From an uncultured Erysipelotrichaceae bacterium (lineage in GTDB: Bacteria > Bacillota_I > Bacilli_A > RFN20 > CAG-826), in contig ONFU01000014.1 of assembly GCA_900317165.1 (NCBI GenBank), positions 1 through 58,100 of the forward strand: DNA of 58,100 nucleotides, read 5' to 3'. Both the position numbers and the translations under genes were made by a program. Shown piece by piece: positions 28,241 through 38,581 of this stretch (positions are counted from its first letter, which is position 1; each line of letters opens with the position of its first letter). Below the pieces are notes generated by a model. The model had not been told where the DNA came from and did no database searches. It saw only the letters and a program-made list of their open reading frames with translations.

Positions 28241-28382
28241 GATTGCGCCTCAAAATTGATTTATACACTGTATAGATATGGCCAAATCTATACAGTTTTT
28301 AAAAAGACAAGAAAGCGAGTTCCTGTCTTTTAGATCTCTTACTTTTAACCCTACATAGAACAAAGGGTTTTTTAGAACAAGG

Positions 28383-29425
28383 CTAGAACAACAAACCGAA
28401 GAAAAGCGTCTCCACGATCGAAATCACGACCAAGCCGATGCCGACGATCGGAAGCAATTTATCGAGCTGCTTGTTCTCATGCTGCTTCGAATAGGAGAAG
28501 AGCATGATAAGGGGGACGACGAGGATCAAACAGAATGATTTGCCTAAGGTGAAGCCTTCAAAGACGTCCAACAATTTCATGGCGAACTCCGCGTTCTCCC
28601 CATTGTTTGTCGCGATTATGATTGGGGTAAAGACAATGAAGAAATCAAGGATTGCGATGACGAAGAAGAAGATCGCCATATAAAGGGAGAACCTGAAGGA
28701 ATTGCGGTTGGTCTTAAGATATAAGGCATATCCTTCTGGGGTGCCGCCTTTCTTGATATAAAGCCTTTCGCGCATCTTCGTATAAATGCAAATCAAGACG
28801 AAGCCGAATAATCGATGAAAAGCATGATCAAGACGCAGCAAAGCAAGTCGACGAAGACGTTGACGACGAGGCCGTTTTGTTTCCCTAAGGCGGTGAATAT
28901 TTCGATCGATAGGTTCCTAGCTTCGATAAATGAGCATTCGTCTATCCTCATTATGAATAAGACGACGTAATGGTAATAGACGATGATGAAGACCACATAG
29001 ATGATGAGGGTGATCTTCAAATAGGTCATGATGAGCTTCTTGTAATTGTTCTTCGATTGGAGGATGACCGCGAAATTCGCGATTAGGAACAAAGGAAGAG
29101 GAAGCGCGGAGAAATAGGAAAGGACGGTTGAGGCCATCGATAAGCCTTCGAGTTGGGCTTGGTTTGCATCAGCCATATGGCTCTTGACGCTTAAAACGAG
29201 GCCAAGCATCATCGAAACGAACATCAAGGCCATCGCGACCCAGCCGATCAGCCTAAAGCCGCGATATGAAAGGGGACCGCGATAACGCATGTCCTTATCG
29301 ATCATCTTATGGTCACGCGTGGATAATTCGAAGGAGGGGGTTTCCTCTTTTTCCTTAACCGCTTTTTTCGGGGATTCCTGCGAGGGGTTTTCCATCAGGG
29401 CTTCCTTTTTGTTTTCTTCATTCAT
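28383..29425 (-). pseudogene. Membrane protein gene split into two overlapping frames near 28810
   Basis: ORF 28793-29425 ends ...LFIDYSASS*; the other frame continues FGFVLICIY... to 28383 with no RBS of its own. Confidence 0.55.
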
Positions 29426-29545
29426 AAATATGGCCTCCAAATTGGATTTGGAATTAAACAAACAAAATTGTTTCTTGGATTAGGATACCACATCAAGCCC
29501 TTATATGCCTATAAGGGGAAACGTTCACAGAAAAAATAATTGTTT

Positions 29546-29578
29546 AAAAAGGCAGGAATCCGCGTGGGATTCCTGCCT
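29546..29578 (-). terminator. Intrinsic terminator after the Nif11-type peptide gene
   Basis: AGGCAGGAATCC-gcgtg-GGATTCCTGCCT 12-bp stem, T run on the minus strand. Confidence 0.8.
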
Positions 29579-29628
29579 GAAGGATTTCCTTATTCTTAGT
29601 TTTTTAAATAAGCCAAAAGGCCAGCGAA

Positions 29629-29919
29629 TTAGAAAATATACCAGAAGTGACCGCAATTCCTGCATTTGCAATAGAACTGATAATCGAAGAGGACGCCGGT
29701 CGATTCCCTTTTGACCTTGACATCCTTTGATTGGCAAACGCTGCAGGTTGGATGAGGGGTTGATTGGCATGTGCCGCCACCATTGACCTCCGTAAGCTGC
29801 TCTTCGGTCAATTCGATGCCTTCCTCTTTGGCAAGGGAAAGCAATTCATCTGCGTTCTTGCAATTCCTGGCTTTTTCGATTTGTTCTTTTGTTAATCCTT
29901 GGAGTAATTCGTTCTTCAT
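29629..29919 (-). CDS. Nif11-like leader / double-glycine precursor peptide with Cys-rich core
   Basis: ...ELLSLAKEEGIELTEEQLTEVNGG leader; core GTC...CSVC...CKCRNCGHFW; AAGGAG RBS. Confidence 0.8.
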   Translation of the reverse strand: MKNELLQGLTKEQIEKARNCKNADELLSLAKEEGIELTEEQLTEVNGGGTCQSTPHPTCSVCQSKDVKVKRESTGVLFDYQFYCKCRNCGHFWYIF

Positions 29920-29999
29920 TTTGTTAATCTCCTTAAGCTAGTTAGATATTAGCATTGTCCATGTCATAAAAGTGCCACAGAAATTAAGAAACAATATCT

Positions 30000-31880
30000 T
30001 TATTTCGCGTAATGGCCTTCGATGAGAGTCCTTAGGTTTGCGCTATTGTAAAGGGCGCTATAATCGCGAGAGGAATTCTCGGTCGCGGGGAATGAAAGAG
30101 GGGCGTCGCAGACGGTTTTCCTAGCGACATCGACGCTAACCTTATTTTTGGTAACCGCTTGGGAAGGGCAAGATGAACGGAGGAAATTCCCATATCCATC
30201 ATATTGCAAATAGATGGAGCAAGATCCGCCACCGCATTCTTCGCCGATCGTGAATAGGCCTTCCTCATGGAGGTAGATCGGGGAGATGCCGCCGCAAGAG
30301 AAACCGTTCTTGGTCGTCAAGACGGAGATATCCTTGTCCTTAAGAAGGCCTTTCATAGCATCGTCCTCCTCATCGAATTTCCGATCGAAATTCAAATCGA
30401 AATCATAGGTGATGATGGTATAATAATCGCTCATGCGGTTGTAGTTATAGAACTTCTCGCTGCCGGTAAGAAGGGCGATCATGAAGAGCATTTCGTCGGC
30501 ACTTCCGCCAGTATTGGAGGCCAAATCGATGACGACGTGCTTGATTTCATTATCTTGGCTAGCCTTGCTGACCCCGTTATAGATCGCGCCGACCGCTCCT
30601 CCTATGTTATCGCCAAAGGGGATCGTGTCCCTTTCCCCTTTATAGTATTTGTCCCATTCGTTGCGTAAAGCGATTTCGCCCATGAAGCCATCGATATGGA
30701 TATAGGCGAGGTCCCCGTCTTTGGTGTAGGTATCGTTTCCTTGAAGAGCGGCGTTAGGTTTATTGAGGGCTTCGCTTCTATTCTTCCTTAAGGTTAAACT
30801 TTCCGAAAAGGGCTGATCGTAATGGACGATTTCCTCATATTTTTGGTCTTTTACCGCGTCAAGAAGGGAATCGACATCCCTGATTAGTTTCTTCGTTAGC
30901 CATTTTGGGGTGTGGTATTCGCCACTTTCATCGGAATAGCCTACCGACAAGGGGTTAAAGCCGCTATGCCCGCCATCTTGATGGAGGTATCCAAAAAGCG
31001 ATGCGCCAGTTAGGTATTTGGCTAAGTCGGTGGATTTAAGGTATTCCTTGATGGTTTTCCCTAGTGGTCTAGCCTCTAAGGAGGCGTCTAGTCCTTTGCT
31101 TAGATCATAATAAAGCTCAAGGGTGCTTCTTCCTGGCCTTCCTAGGAAGATATCGAAATCGAGGCAAAGCTCGTTATAGACGTAATCCGCGTATTCCTGG
31201 CTGATTTCCTTTTGATACATCGAATCAAAATATTTGCTTCCGAAGGATTCGAGTTCCTCGTTCTCGGTCATATAGAAGACAAAGAGGTCTTTGCCGTTAT
31301 AGGCTCCTTGGAGGATGTTTTCGTTAGAGAAAAGGTCAGTTGCGAAATTAAGGGGGACATATACGGCATTATCGCCTCCATAGATCCTCATGTTGTATTT
31401 GGAGAAATCGATCGTGGTTTTCTTGGTTTTGCCTTCGAATTCGACGGAGACGACCTTGGTAAAGGGCAAGCCATCGTAACCAGCAGCGGACAAATCGCCG
31501 AATCCATTTAGATTCGTGTTTTTAAAGCACCACAAATCATCGGATTCCATCTTGTTTCCCTTGATATCGAAGGAAGCCGAATAATTCCCGGCGACGGTGA
31601 CTTTGTAGATTCCGCCTTTTTCCTCAATGTCGAATCTATCCCTGCCCGCATCGTATTTCCTTCCGCGATAAAGCAATTGGTTGTAATCCTTTATCGAGAT
31701 ATAGGGGATAAGGCTTGAGCCATAATAACGGATTTTGGTTTTGGTATCGCTCTTGCCATCAAGGTAATAGACGTTAATCTCCTCTTCCTTAAAAGTTGGG
31801 GCGTCTTCTCCAGAGGAGCTTCCACCGCAGGAAGAAAGGATTATCGGAAATAAAGCGACATATAGCAATTTGGTTTTCAT
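30000..31880 (-). CDS. S41-family (tail-specific protease-like) lipoprotein
   Basis: Lipobox ILSSC; AYIHIDGF, VIDLASNTGG, GFSCG, IGEECGGG. Confidence 0.8.
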   Translation of the reverse strand: MKTKLLYVALFPIILSSCGGSSSGEDAPTFKEEEINVYYLDGKSDTKTKIRYYGSSLIPYISIKDYNQLLYRGRKYDAGRDRFDIEEKGGIYKVTVAGNYSASFDIKGNKMESDDLWCFKNTNLNGFGDLSAAGYDGLPFTKVVSVEFEGKTKKTTIDFSKYNMRIYGGDNAVYVPLNFATDLFSNENILQGAYNGKDLFVFYMTENEELESFGSKYFDSMYQKEISQEYADYVYNELCLDFDIFLGRPGRSTLELYYDLSKGLDASLEARPLGKTIKEYLKSTDLAKYLTGASLFGYLHQDGGHSGFNPLSVGYSDESGEYHTPKWLTKKLIRDVDSLLDAVKDQKYEEIVHYDQPFSESLTLRKNRSEALNKPNAALQGNDTYTKDGDLAYIHIDGFMGEIALRNEWDKYYKGERDTIPFGDNIGGAVGAIYNGVSKASQDNEIKHVVIDLASNTGGSADEMLFMIALLTGSEKFYNYNRMSDYYTIITYDFDLNFDRKFDEEDDAMKGLLKDKDISVLTTKNGFSCGGISPIYLHEEGLFTIGEECGGGSCSIYLQYDGYGNFLRSSCPSQAVTKNKVSVDVARKTVCDAPLSFPATENSSRDYSALYNSANLRTLIEGHYAK

Positions 31881-32029
31881 GGGTATTCCCTCGTTTTTCT
31901 ATCTCTAAACACTATTTTAACAAAAAAGGTAGGGTGTTGCGCGTTATTCGAAAATAGAAATATGGTATAAGGCTTTTATTTGGCCGAAATAAAAAAATCC
32001 CTGACTTGCATCAAGGATTGTTAATAACG

Positions 32030-32106
32030 TGGCGCGCCCGTGGCGACTCGAACGCCAGACCCACAGCTTAGAAGGCTGTTGCTCTGTCCAACTGAGCTAC
32101 GGGCGC
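32030..32106 (-). tRNA. tRNA-Arg(UCU)
   Basis: GCGCCCGTAGCTCAGTTGGACAGAGCAACAGCCT-TCT-AAGCTGTGGGTCTGGCGTTCGAGTCGCCACGGGCGCGCCA: full cloverleaf with encoded CCA. Confidence 0.97.
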
Positions 32107-32159
32107 AGCGGAGATATATTAGACTTTAAGATGACGTTTCTCAAGGGGAAAAGGCGCTT

Positions 32160-33929
32160 TTAATCCTCTTCATGGAGTTTTGCATAGAGTCTAGCGGAGA
32201 CTTCGCTAGGCAAAAGTTGATTTAATTCCTCTTCCGTCGCGTTAAGAAGGGAATCTAGTGTTAGGTAATGCTCCCTTAACAAGGCCTTGCGTTTATCCCC
32301 AAGTCCTTCGATGCCATCGAGGATCGAGGCGGTTAAGGAGGCACTTCTTCTTTGCTTATGGAAGGAGATCGCGTAACGATGGACCTCGTCTTGCATCCTC
32401 ATAAGGAAAAAGAAGAGTTTGGAATTCCTTTCCAAAGGATAGGTATTCCCATCCTTATCGATCAATCCGTTTGTTTGATGACGGTCATTCTTGAATAAAC
32501 CATACACGGGTATCGTAATTTCAAGATTGGAGAGGGCCTCCAAAGTCGCGTGGACCTGCGGTAATCCTCCATCCGTGAGGATAAGGGAAGGGAATTCCTC
32601 GTTTTCTTCCTTAAGCCTTCTGTATCTTCTATTGACGACTTCCACCATCGAATGGTAATCATCCCCGGCATCTTCTTCCTTTAAATGGTATTTACGGTAC
32701 ATCTTCTTGGCTTTCTCGCCATTGATATAGCAAACCATCCCGGCGACGGGATTGGAGCCTTGGAGATGGGAATTATCGAAAAGTTCGATACGGTATGGGG
32801 TATCGATATGGAGGAGATCACCTAATTCCTCCAAAAGGGCCAGCTTATCGTCATCAAGGCGCGCGGACATGAAATGGGAATCGAGTTCGTTGCGGGCGTT
32901 AAGCTCGGAAAGGTTAACCATCTCCACGAATTTGCCTTCTTTGGGGATTAGCACTTCTTTCAACCCTTCGATTTCCTCGCTTAAAGCCGTTAAGGAAGGA
33001 AGGCGCGAGACCAAGACGCGGGGAGCCTCATGGGTAGAATAATATTGCTCCATCAAGTCGAGGATCTGATCGGGAATATCGCCAAAGCTTGGGACAACGT
33101 GCACGTTTTTCCCTAACAACACCCCTTTACGGTAAGTCAAAACGCACAAGGAACGATAACCTTCCCTTTCCGCGAAGGCGACGATATCGTAATCCTCTTT
33201 CCCCATCGGGGTTTCGACGTTTTGTCGACTTGTCACATAATCGATGGCCTTGAGGGTTTTCCTATATTCTTCCGCGAGCTCGAAGTTGAGGTCTTCCGCG
33301 GCTTTTTCCATCTTTTCCTTGATCGCGTTCTTCTCTTTGGAGGTATCACCCCCAAGGAAGGATTTGATGTCATTATATAATTCCTCAAGCTGCTCTTCCT
33401 TAATCTTATTGATACAAGGGGCCAAACAAGTGCCTAAAGAATAATAAAGACACGGTTTATTCGGGATATTGCGGCATTTACGGGTTGGATAGATCGTATT
33501 GAGCAGGCGTAATGTTTCCTTAGCTTCGCTTCCTCCGGGGAAGGGACCGAAATAGAAATATCCCCTATCCTTGGAATTCCTCGCGATTTTCAAATAGGGG
33601 TCCTTGCCCTTCTTCAAGGCGATATAAGGGTAATGGGAATCATCCATGAGGAGGATGTTATAACGCGGGTAATAGGTTTGTATTAGATTTTGCTCAAGGA
33701 TGAAGGCCTCTTTATCGGAAGAAAGGAGGATCGTCGAAAAATGGTCGACATGGGAGACCATCGCGGCCACCTTGCCGGTTTGGGGACGAAGGAAATATTG
33801 GGAAACCCTTTTATAGAGGTCCTTGGCCTTCCCGATATAGATGATCTTATCGTCCTTATCCTTCATCTGATAGACGCCAGGACGGTGGGGGAGGTTATCG
33901 ATTAATGTCTTTAGTTTCTCGCTTATCAT
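32160..33929 (-). CDS. uvrC: Excinuclease ABC subunit C
   Basis: PGVY...IIYIGKAK GIY-YIG, RIELFDNSH, DGG, RMQDEVHRYAI, HhH. Confidence 0.96.
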   Translation of the reverse strand: MISEKLKTLIDNLPHRPGVYQMKDKDDKIIYIGKAKDLYKRVSQYFLRPQTGKVAAMVSHVDHFSTILLSSDKEAFILEQNLIQTYYPRYNILLMDDSHYPYIALKKGKDPYLKIARNSKDRGYFYFGPFPGGSEAKETLRLLNTIYPTRKCRNIPNKPCLYYSLGTCLAPCINKIKEEQLEELYNDIKSFLGGDTSKEKNAIKEKMEKAAEDLNFELAEEYRKTLKAIDYVTSRQNVETPMGKEDYDIVAFAEREGYRSLCVLTYRKGVLLGKNVHVVPSFGDIPDQILDLMEQYYSTHEAPRVLVSRLPSLTALSEEIEGLKEVLIPKEGKFVEMVNLSELNARNELDSHFMSARLDDDKLALLEELGDLLHIDTPYRIELFDNSHLQGSNPVAGMVCYINGEKAKKMYRKYHLKEEDAGDDYHSMVEVVNRRYRRLKEENEEFPSLILTDGGLPQVHATLEALSNLEITIPVYGLFKNDRHQTNGLIDKDGNTYPLERNSKLFFFLMRMQDEVHRYAISFHKQRRSASLTASILDGIEGLGDKRKALLREHYLTLDSLLNATEEELNQLLPSEVSARLYAKLHEED

Positions 33930-36225
33930 TTGAGATAGACGATGGTCGCCCCTCCGCCGCCTTCGGCTTCGCTGGCCGCTTCGTATCCTTTGATGAATTC
34001 CTTATGGGAGGCCAAATAATTATTGACCATCCTCCTTAAGGCCCCCGTGCCGAAGCCATGGATGATCCTAACGCGATGGAAACCCTTCATCCTGCAGGCA
34101 TCGAGGTATCTTTCGAGTTCAAGTTCCGCTTCATCCGCGTAAAGCCCGATTATATTGAGTTCCATCGAAAGGCTCTTCCCATATCCTAAGGAATCGAGGT
34201 TGATGTTTTTTATTTCCTTCCTCTCTTCTTTCTTAGGGGAGGAGATACGGTGGAGAGAAACCGGGTTCACCGAATATTTGAAGCCCTTATGGTCGCGCAG
34301 GACCGCCTTTTTGGCGGAGAGGCTTTCGATGACCCCTTCAATCCCTAAGGAAGGGATAGAGGCATAATCGCCTTCTTTTAGTTCTTCGTCATAGACCTCG
34401 CTATCCTCGTTTTTCCTTAAGGATTCGAGTTTGCGTTTAGCCTCGATTACCTCATGGAGTTTGACGTTAGGGGAACGTAAATCATGTAATGCCCCCTCTA
34501 TTTCCTTCTCGGCCTTCTCAAGAAGCTCCTCCTTTTTCTTCTCTACGGAAGAGAGGAGTTTCTCCTCCTTGTTCTTCAAGGCATGCTCCTTGCTCTTAAG
34601 GTCTTTTTCCTTTTTGTCCAATTCAGCAAGTTTCTTTTCGTATTCCTTCTTCTCCTCATTGGCCTTTGCAGAAAGAGAGGAAAGTTCGTTCATCGCCTTT
34701 TGGAGGGAGGAATCGGTATCCTTTTCCTTATAACGTTTCGCGTTATCGAGGATTTGTTTGGATAAGCCATAGGAGGAAGCGATCTCTAGCCCAAAGGAAT
34801 CCCCGACCGTTCCTAAGGATAGGACATAGGTCGGCTTCATCGTCTCCTTATCGAAGATCATCGAGGCATTGGAAATCCCCTCTTTTGCTAAAGCGTATTG
34901 CTTGACCCCATCGAAATGGCTAGTGACAAGCGCGTAGGAATGCTTTTCGAGGATATAATCGAGGATCGCTTTGGCAAGAGCCTCGCCTTCGCTTGGGGAG
35001 GTGCCGGTTCCGACTTCATCAAGAAGAAGCAAATCCTTGCCCCCGATATCAGAGGTGATTTGCGATAAGGAAGCGATATGGGCGGAGAAGGTCGAGAGGT
35101 TCTCCTGCAATGATTGCTGATCGCCGATATCCGCGTAGACATGCTTGAAATAAGGGATAATCGCCCCTTCAAAGCAAGGAAGAAGGAAGGCCATCTTGAA
35201 CAAAATCGCGATGACACCTAGGGTTTTTAAGGCAACTGTCTTGCCTCCGGCATTAGGTCCGGAGATGAGGGTCACCCGTCTTTTAGAGGTGAAGGTAAAA
35301 TCGTTTTTGACGATGGTCTCGACTTCAAGAAGGGGGTGGAAGGCCTGCGGGATAAATAGACTCGCGTCTTCCGATAAGGAAGCGAGATGGCCGTTATATG
35401 TCCTTCCATAACGGACCCTCGCGGAATATGTATCGAGGAACTCAACCACGGTTTCGGTCAATTCGCGGAGGATGCGGGCGATTTCGACGCGTTCTTCGGC
35501 GTCAAGCTCCGCCAAGCGGTTATCTTTTTCGAGCACTTCCTCCGGTTCGATGAAGACGGTGTTCTCACTCGCGGAGATATCCTGGACAAGACCTCTGACG
35601 GAATTTTTGTAAGACATCGAAACGGGGAGAGCATAATGGCCGTTTTTGAAGGCGAAGGCCATCGAATTGAGATAGGAAGCGTAACGTTCGATGATGCGGG
35701 GGAGGATGCGGTTCATCTCCGTTTTGACTTTGTCCTTCTCCTTACGGATTCCGGCAAGTTTTTTGGAGGCGGAATCGCGGATTTCCAAAAATCGCGGATT
35801 TCCAAAGTCGGGGCGATGACCTCGTCTATCCTTTTGGCGATATTCTCCAAATCGGTTAAGCGATTCGCGTGATCCAAAAGAAGAGGGTATTCATCCCCGT
35901 GGCTTTCGATCATCTTCTTGATGGAGGAAGCCGATTCTATTTCTTCTTTTAGGCAAACGAATTCCTTTTCCTCCAAACTCCTTCCCTTCAAGGCGAGATT
36001 GAGGCTTTTGCTGATATCCTCTCCCCTTCTAAAGGGAAGGGAATCCTCCTTATCAAGGAAAGAAGACATTTCCTTAAGGATAGAAAGAAAAGAGGGGAGG
36101 TCCTTCTCCGAATATGGGCGGGTTGAAAGGATCTCCTTCCTTCCCATCTCGGTGAGGGCGAAGGAAGAGGCTTTTTCCAAAATGGATGATATCTCCAATA
36201 TTTCAAAGGCGTCTTCTTTTTTCAT
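33926..36225 (-). pseudogene. mutS2: MutS2 endonuclease, frameshifted by a 17-bp tandem duplication
   Basis: N-terminal ORF 35713-36225 plus C-terminal ORF 33926-35788 (SGPNAGGKT, DEVGTGT, Smr IIHGFGTG); duplication at 35773-35806. Confidence 0.9.
35773..35806. repeat. Perfect 17-bp tandem duplication
   Basis: AATCGCGGATTTCCAAA x2 (35773-35789, 35790-35806). Confidence 0.95.
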
Positions 36226-36366
36226 CGTCAGTTGAATGTCGTTTTGGGTCTAGATTACCCAAAAATCATTTTAGCATCTTTATGCGCGCGAAGGCTAGAT
36301 TGCGCGTGCGGGGTGACTTTAAAAGGGAGAAATAAAGATTTATAATCTCATTTGGAGGAAATTGAT

Positions 36367-36753
36367 ATGAAATATTGCCCAAAATGCGGGGAAAAGCTCC
36401 TCGATGAAGATACTTATTGCATTAGATGCGGAGCGGAATTAGACCGCGAAGTCGATGCGGACGTCGATGGTTATGAGGAAGATAAAGACGAAGGAAGCCA
36501 TGTCGCTTCTTCTGATTCATCCAACCAAAACGCGATGGCTACCTTAACCAAGGTATTCATGGTTGTTGGTACGGTCATCCTCGGTTTTGCCATCTTCCCG
36601 CTTATCTGGTGCATTCCCTTAACGATCATCACCTTCAACAGGATCAATAACGACGATGAAATCGGCGTTGCCGTCAATGTCCTCAATATCCTTTTCGTCT
36701 CGATGCTTGGCGGGATATTCGGGATTGTCTATGACTCAATGAGGAACAAATAA
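36367..36753 (+). CDS. Zinc-ribbon membrane protein
   Basis: MKYCPKCG...YCIRCG followed by TM segments; GGAGG RBS. Confidence 0.75.
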   Translation: MKYCPKCGEKLLDEDTYCIRCGAELDREVDADVDGYEEDKDEGSHVASSDSSNQNAMATLTKVFMVVGTVILGFAIFPLIWCIPLTIITFNRINNDDEIGVAVNVLNILFVSMLGGIFGIVYDSMRNK

Positions 36754-36761
36754 GGAAAACG

Positions 36762-37688
36762 ATGGGGAAAGCGAATAAATCCATAACCCTTCTTTTCGAC
36801 GAAGCGACCTTTCATGAGGCGAAATGTTTTTATAATGATATCGGCGCGATTAAGGAAGCCCCTACCCCTTATATGGATTTCTTCGCAGTCAGTTTGGATA
36901 CCACGATCTCCGTCTATTCCAAAATCCATAACGGCTTCCGTAAATGTTTAATCCAAGGTGAAAACGCAGAATCTGAAGCCGCCATTTGGATTGCCAAAGG
37001 GGCTATTCCCGAAGAGAAAAGCGAGAAAAAGGAAGCATCCTTAAGGAATTATTATCCCCAAATCGGGTCCGATGAAGTAGGAACCGGGGATTATTTCGGG
37101 CCCGTCATCGTGGTCGCGGCCTATGTCAAAAAAGAGGATTTGCCTTTGCTAAAGGAAATGGGCATCACCGATTCGAAGAAGATGAATGACCCCTATATCC
37201 TTTCGATTGGGCAGAAACTAATCTCGACCTTCCCCTATTCGCAGCTTTGCCTAGATAACGAAAAATATAACGAAGTTAGGGAAAAAGGCATCAACCTCAA
37301 CGCGATGAAGGCCAAAATGCATAACCGCGCTCTTGGGAATCTGAAGAAGAAATACCCTTCCTCCAAGGTTTATATCGATCAATTCGCGGAGGAAGGCCTC
37401 TATTATTCCTATCTTAAAGGGGAGAAAGACGTCGTTAGGGATATCGTCTTCTCCACAAAAGGGGAGACCCATTTCCCTTCCGTAGCCTTAGCTAGCGTCA
37501 TCGCCCGTTATTCCTTCCTCCGTCATATGGAAGAATTATCGAAGTCCCTTGGCAAGGAGATTCCTTTTGGGGCTTCAGGCGAAGTCACCGAATTCGCGAG
37601 GCAGATCTATAAAGAAAAAGGCCTTGAGGAACTCGACAAGATCTCCAAGGCCAATTTTGCGAATCGTAAGAAGGTAATCGAGGATTAA
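36762..37688 (+). CDS. rnhC: Ribonuclease HIII
   Basis: IGSDEVGTGDYFGP, DSKK, IDQF, VALASVIAR. Confidence 0.94.
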   Translation: MGKANKSITLLFDEATFHEAKCFYNDIGAIKEAPTPYMDFFAVSLDTTISVYSKIHNGFRKCLIQGENAESEAAIWIAKGAIPEEKSEKKEASLRNYYPQIGSDEVGTGDYFGPVIVVAAYVKKEDLPLLKEMGITDSKKMNDPYILSIGQKLISTFPYSQLCLDNEKYNEVREKGINLNAMKAKMHNRALGNLKKKYPSSKVYIDQFAEEGLYYSYLKGEKDVVRDIVFSTKGETHFPSVALASVIARYSFLRHMEELSKSLGKEIPFGASGEVTEFARQIYKEKGLEELDKISKANFANRKKVIED

Positions 37689-38581
37689 TCCAAGGATTCG
37701 AGCACTTTTTGGAAATGCGCGGGTAAGGGGGCTTCAAAGGAAAGCTCCTTTTTCGTTATGGGATGGGTGAAAGAAAGGCGATAAGCGTGCAATAATTGCC
37801 CCTTATCGTAGATAACCCTATTTCCTTTTCCATATAACGGGTCGCCTATAACCGGATGGTTGATATATTCCATATGGGCCCTGATCTGATGGGTTCGTCC
37901 CGTTAGGAGGCGGCAATCGACAAGACTCACGCGCTTACGGGGGAAACGCTGCTTGACCTTAAAGAAGGTAATGGCTTCCTTCCCCGAAAGATCGACCGCG
38001 AATTTGACGCGGCTTTCCTTATCTCTAGCCAAGGGGGCGATGATCTCCCCTTCGTCCTCTTTGATTAGCCCGTTTACCAAAGCGAGGTATTCGCGGTGCA
38101 TCGAATGGTCCTTAAGCTGCTCTTGTAAGCCAAGAAGAGCCTCATCGGTCTTCGCGATCACAAGCAACCCAGAGGTATCCTTATCTATACGGTGTACAAT
38201 TCCTGGACGCGTGCTATCTTCGTCTAGTTCTTCGTATTTATAAAGCAAACCATTAAGAAGGGTTCCGGAAGCATGCCCCGCGCCGGGATGGACGACCAAA
38301 CCCGCGGGCTTATTGATGACCGCGAGGTATTCGTCTTCATAGATAACCTCGATTGGGATATCTTCCTTTTGAAGTGTGGAGGCGGGGGCTTCAGGGACTT
38401 CATATTCAACGACATCCCCTTCTTCCATTCTTAAGGAAGGCTTGCCTTTCTTGCCATTAACGAATACATGTCCCCCTTCGATTGCCTCTTTGGCTTTCGA
38501 ACGGGAGAGGAAATCGCCATAGCTGAAAAGAGCTTCATCAAGACGCTTTCCGACTAAATTATCCTCAATCGTTTTTTTCAT
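37685..38581 (-). CDS. rluD: RluA/RluD-family pseudouridine synthase
   Basis: S4 domain, NKPAGLVVHP, VHRIDKDTSG, GRTHQIR. Confidence 0.9.
   Translation of the reverse strand: MKKTIEDNLVGKRLDEALFSYGDFLSRSKAKEAIEGGHVFVNGKKGKPSLRMEEGDVVEYEVPEAPASTLQKEDIPIEVIYEDEYLAVINKPAGLVVHPGAGHASGTLLNGLLYKYEELDEDSTRPGIVHRIDKDTSGLLVIAKTDEALLGLQEQLKDHSMHREYLALVNGLIKEDEGEIIAPLARDKESRVKFAVDLSGKEAITFFKVKQRFPRKRVSLVDCRLLTGRTHQIRAHMEYINHPVIGDPLYGKGNRVIYDKGQLLHAYRLSFTHPITKKELSFEAPLPAHFQKVLESLD

Noticed and set aside
28383..32106. Integrative element at tRNA-Arg
   Set aside because: No integrase and no duplicated tRNA 3' end (att site) found in the window.
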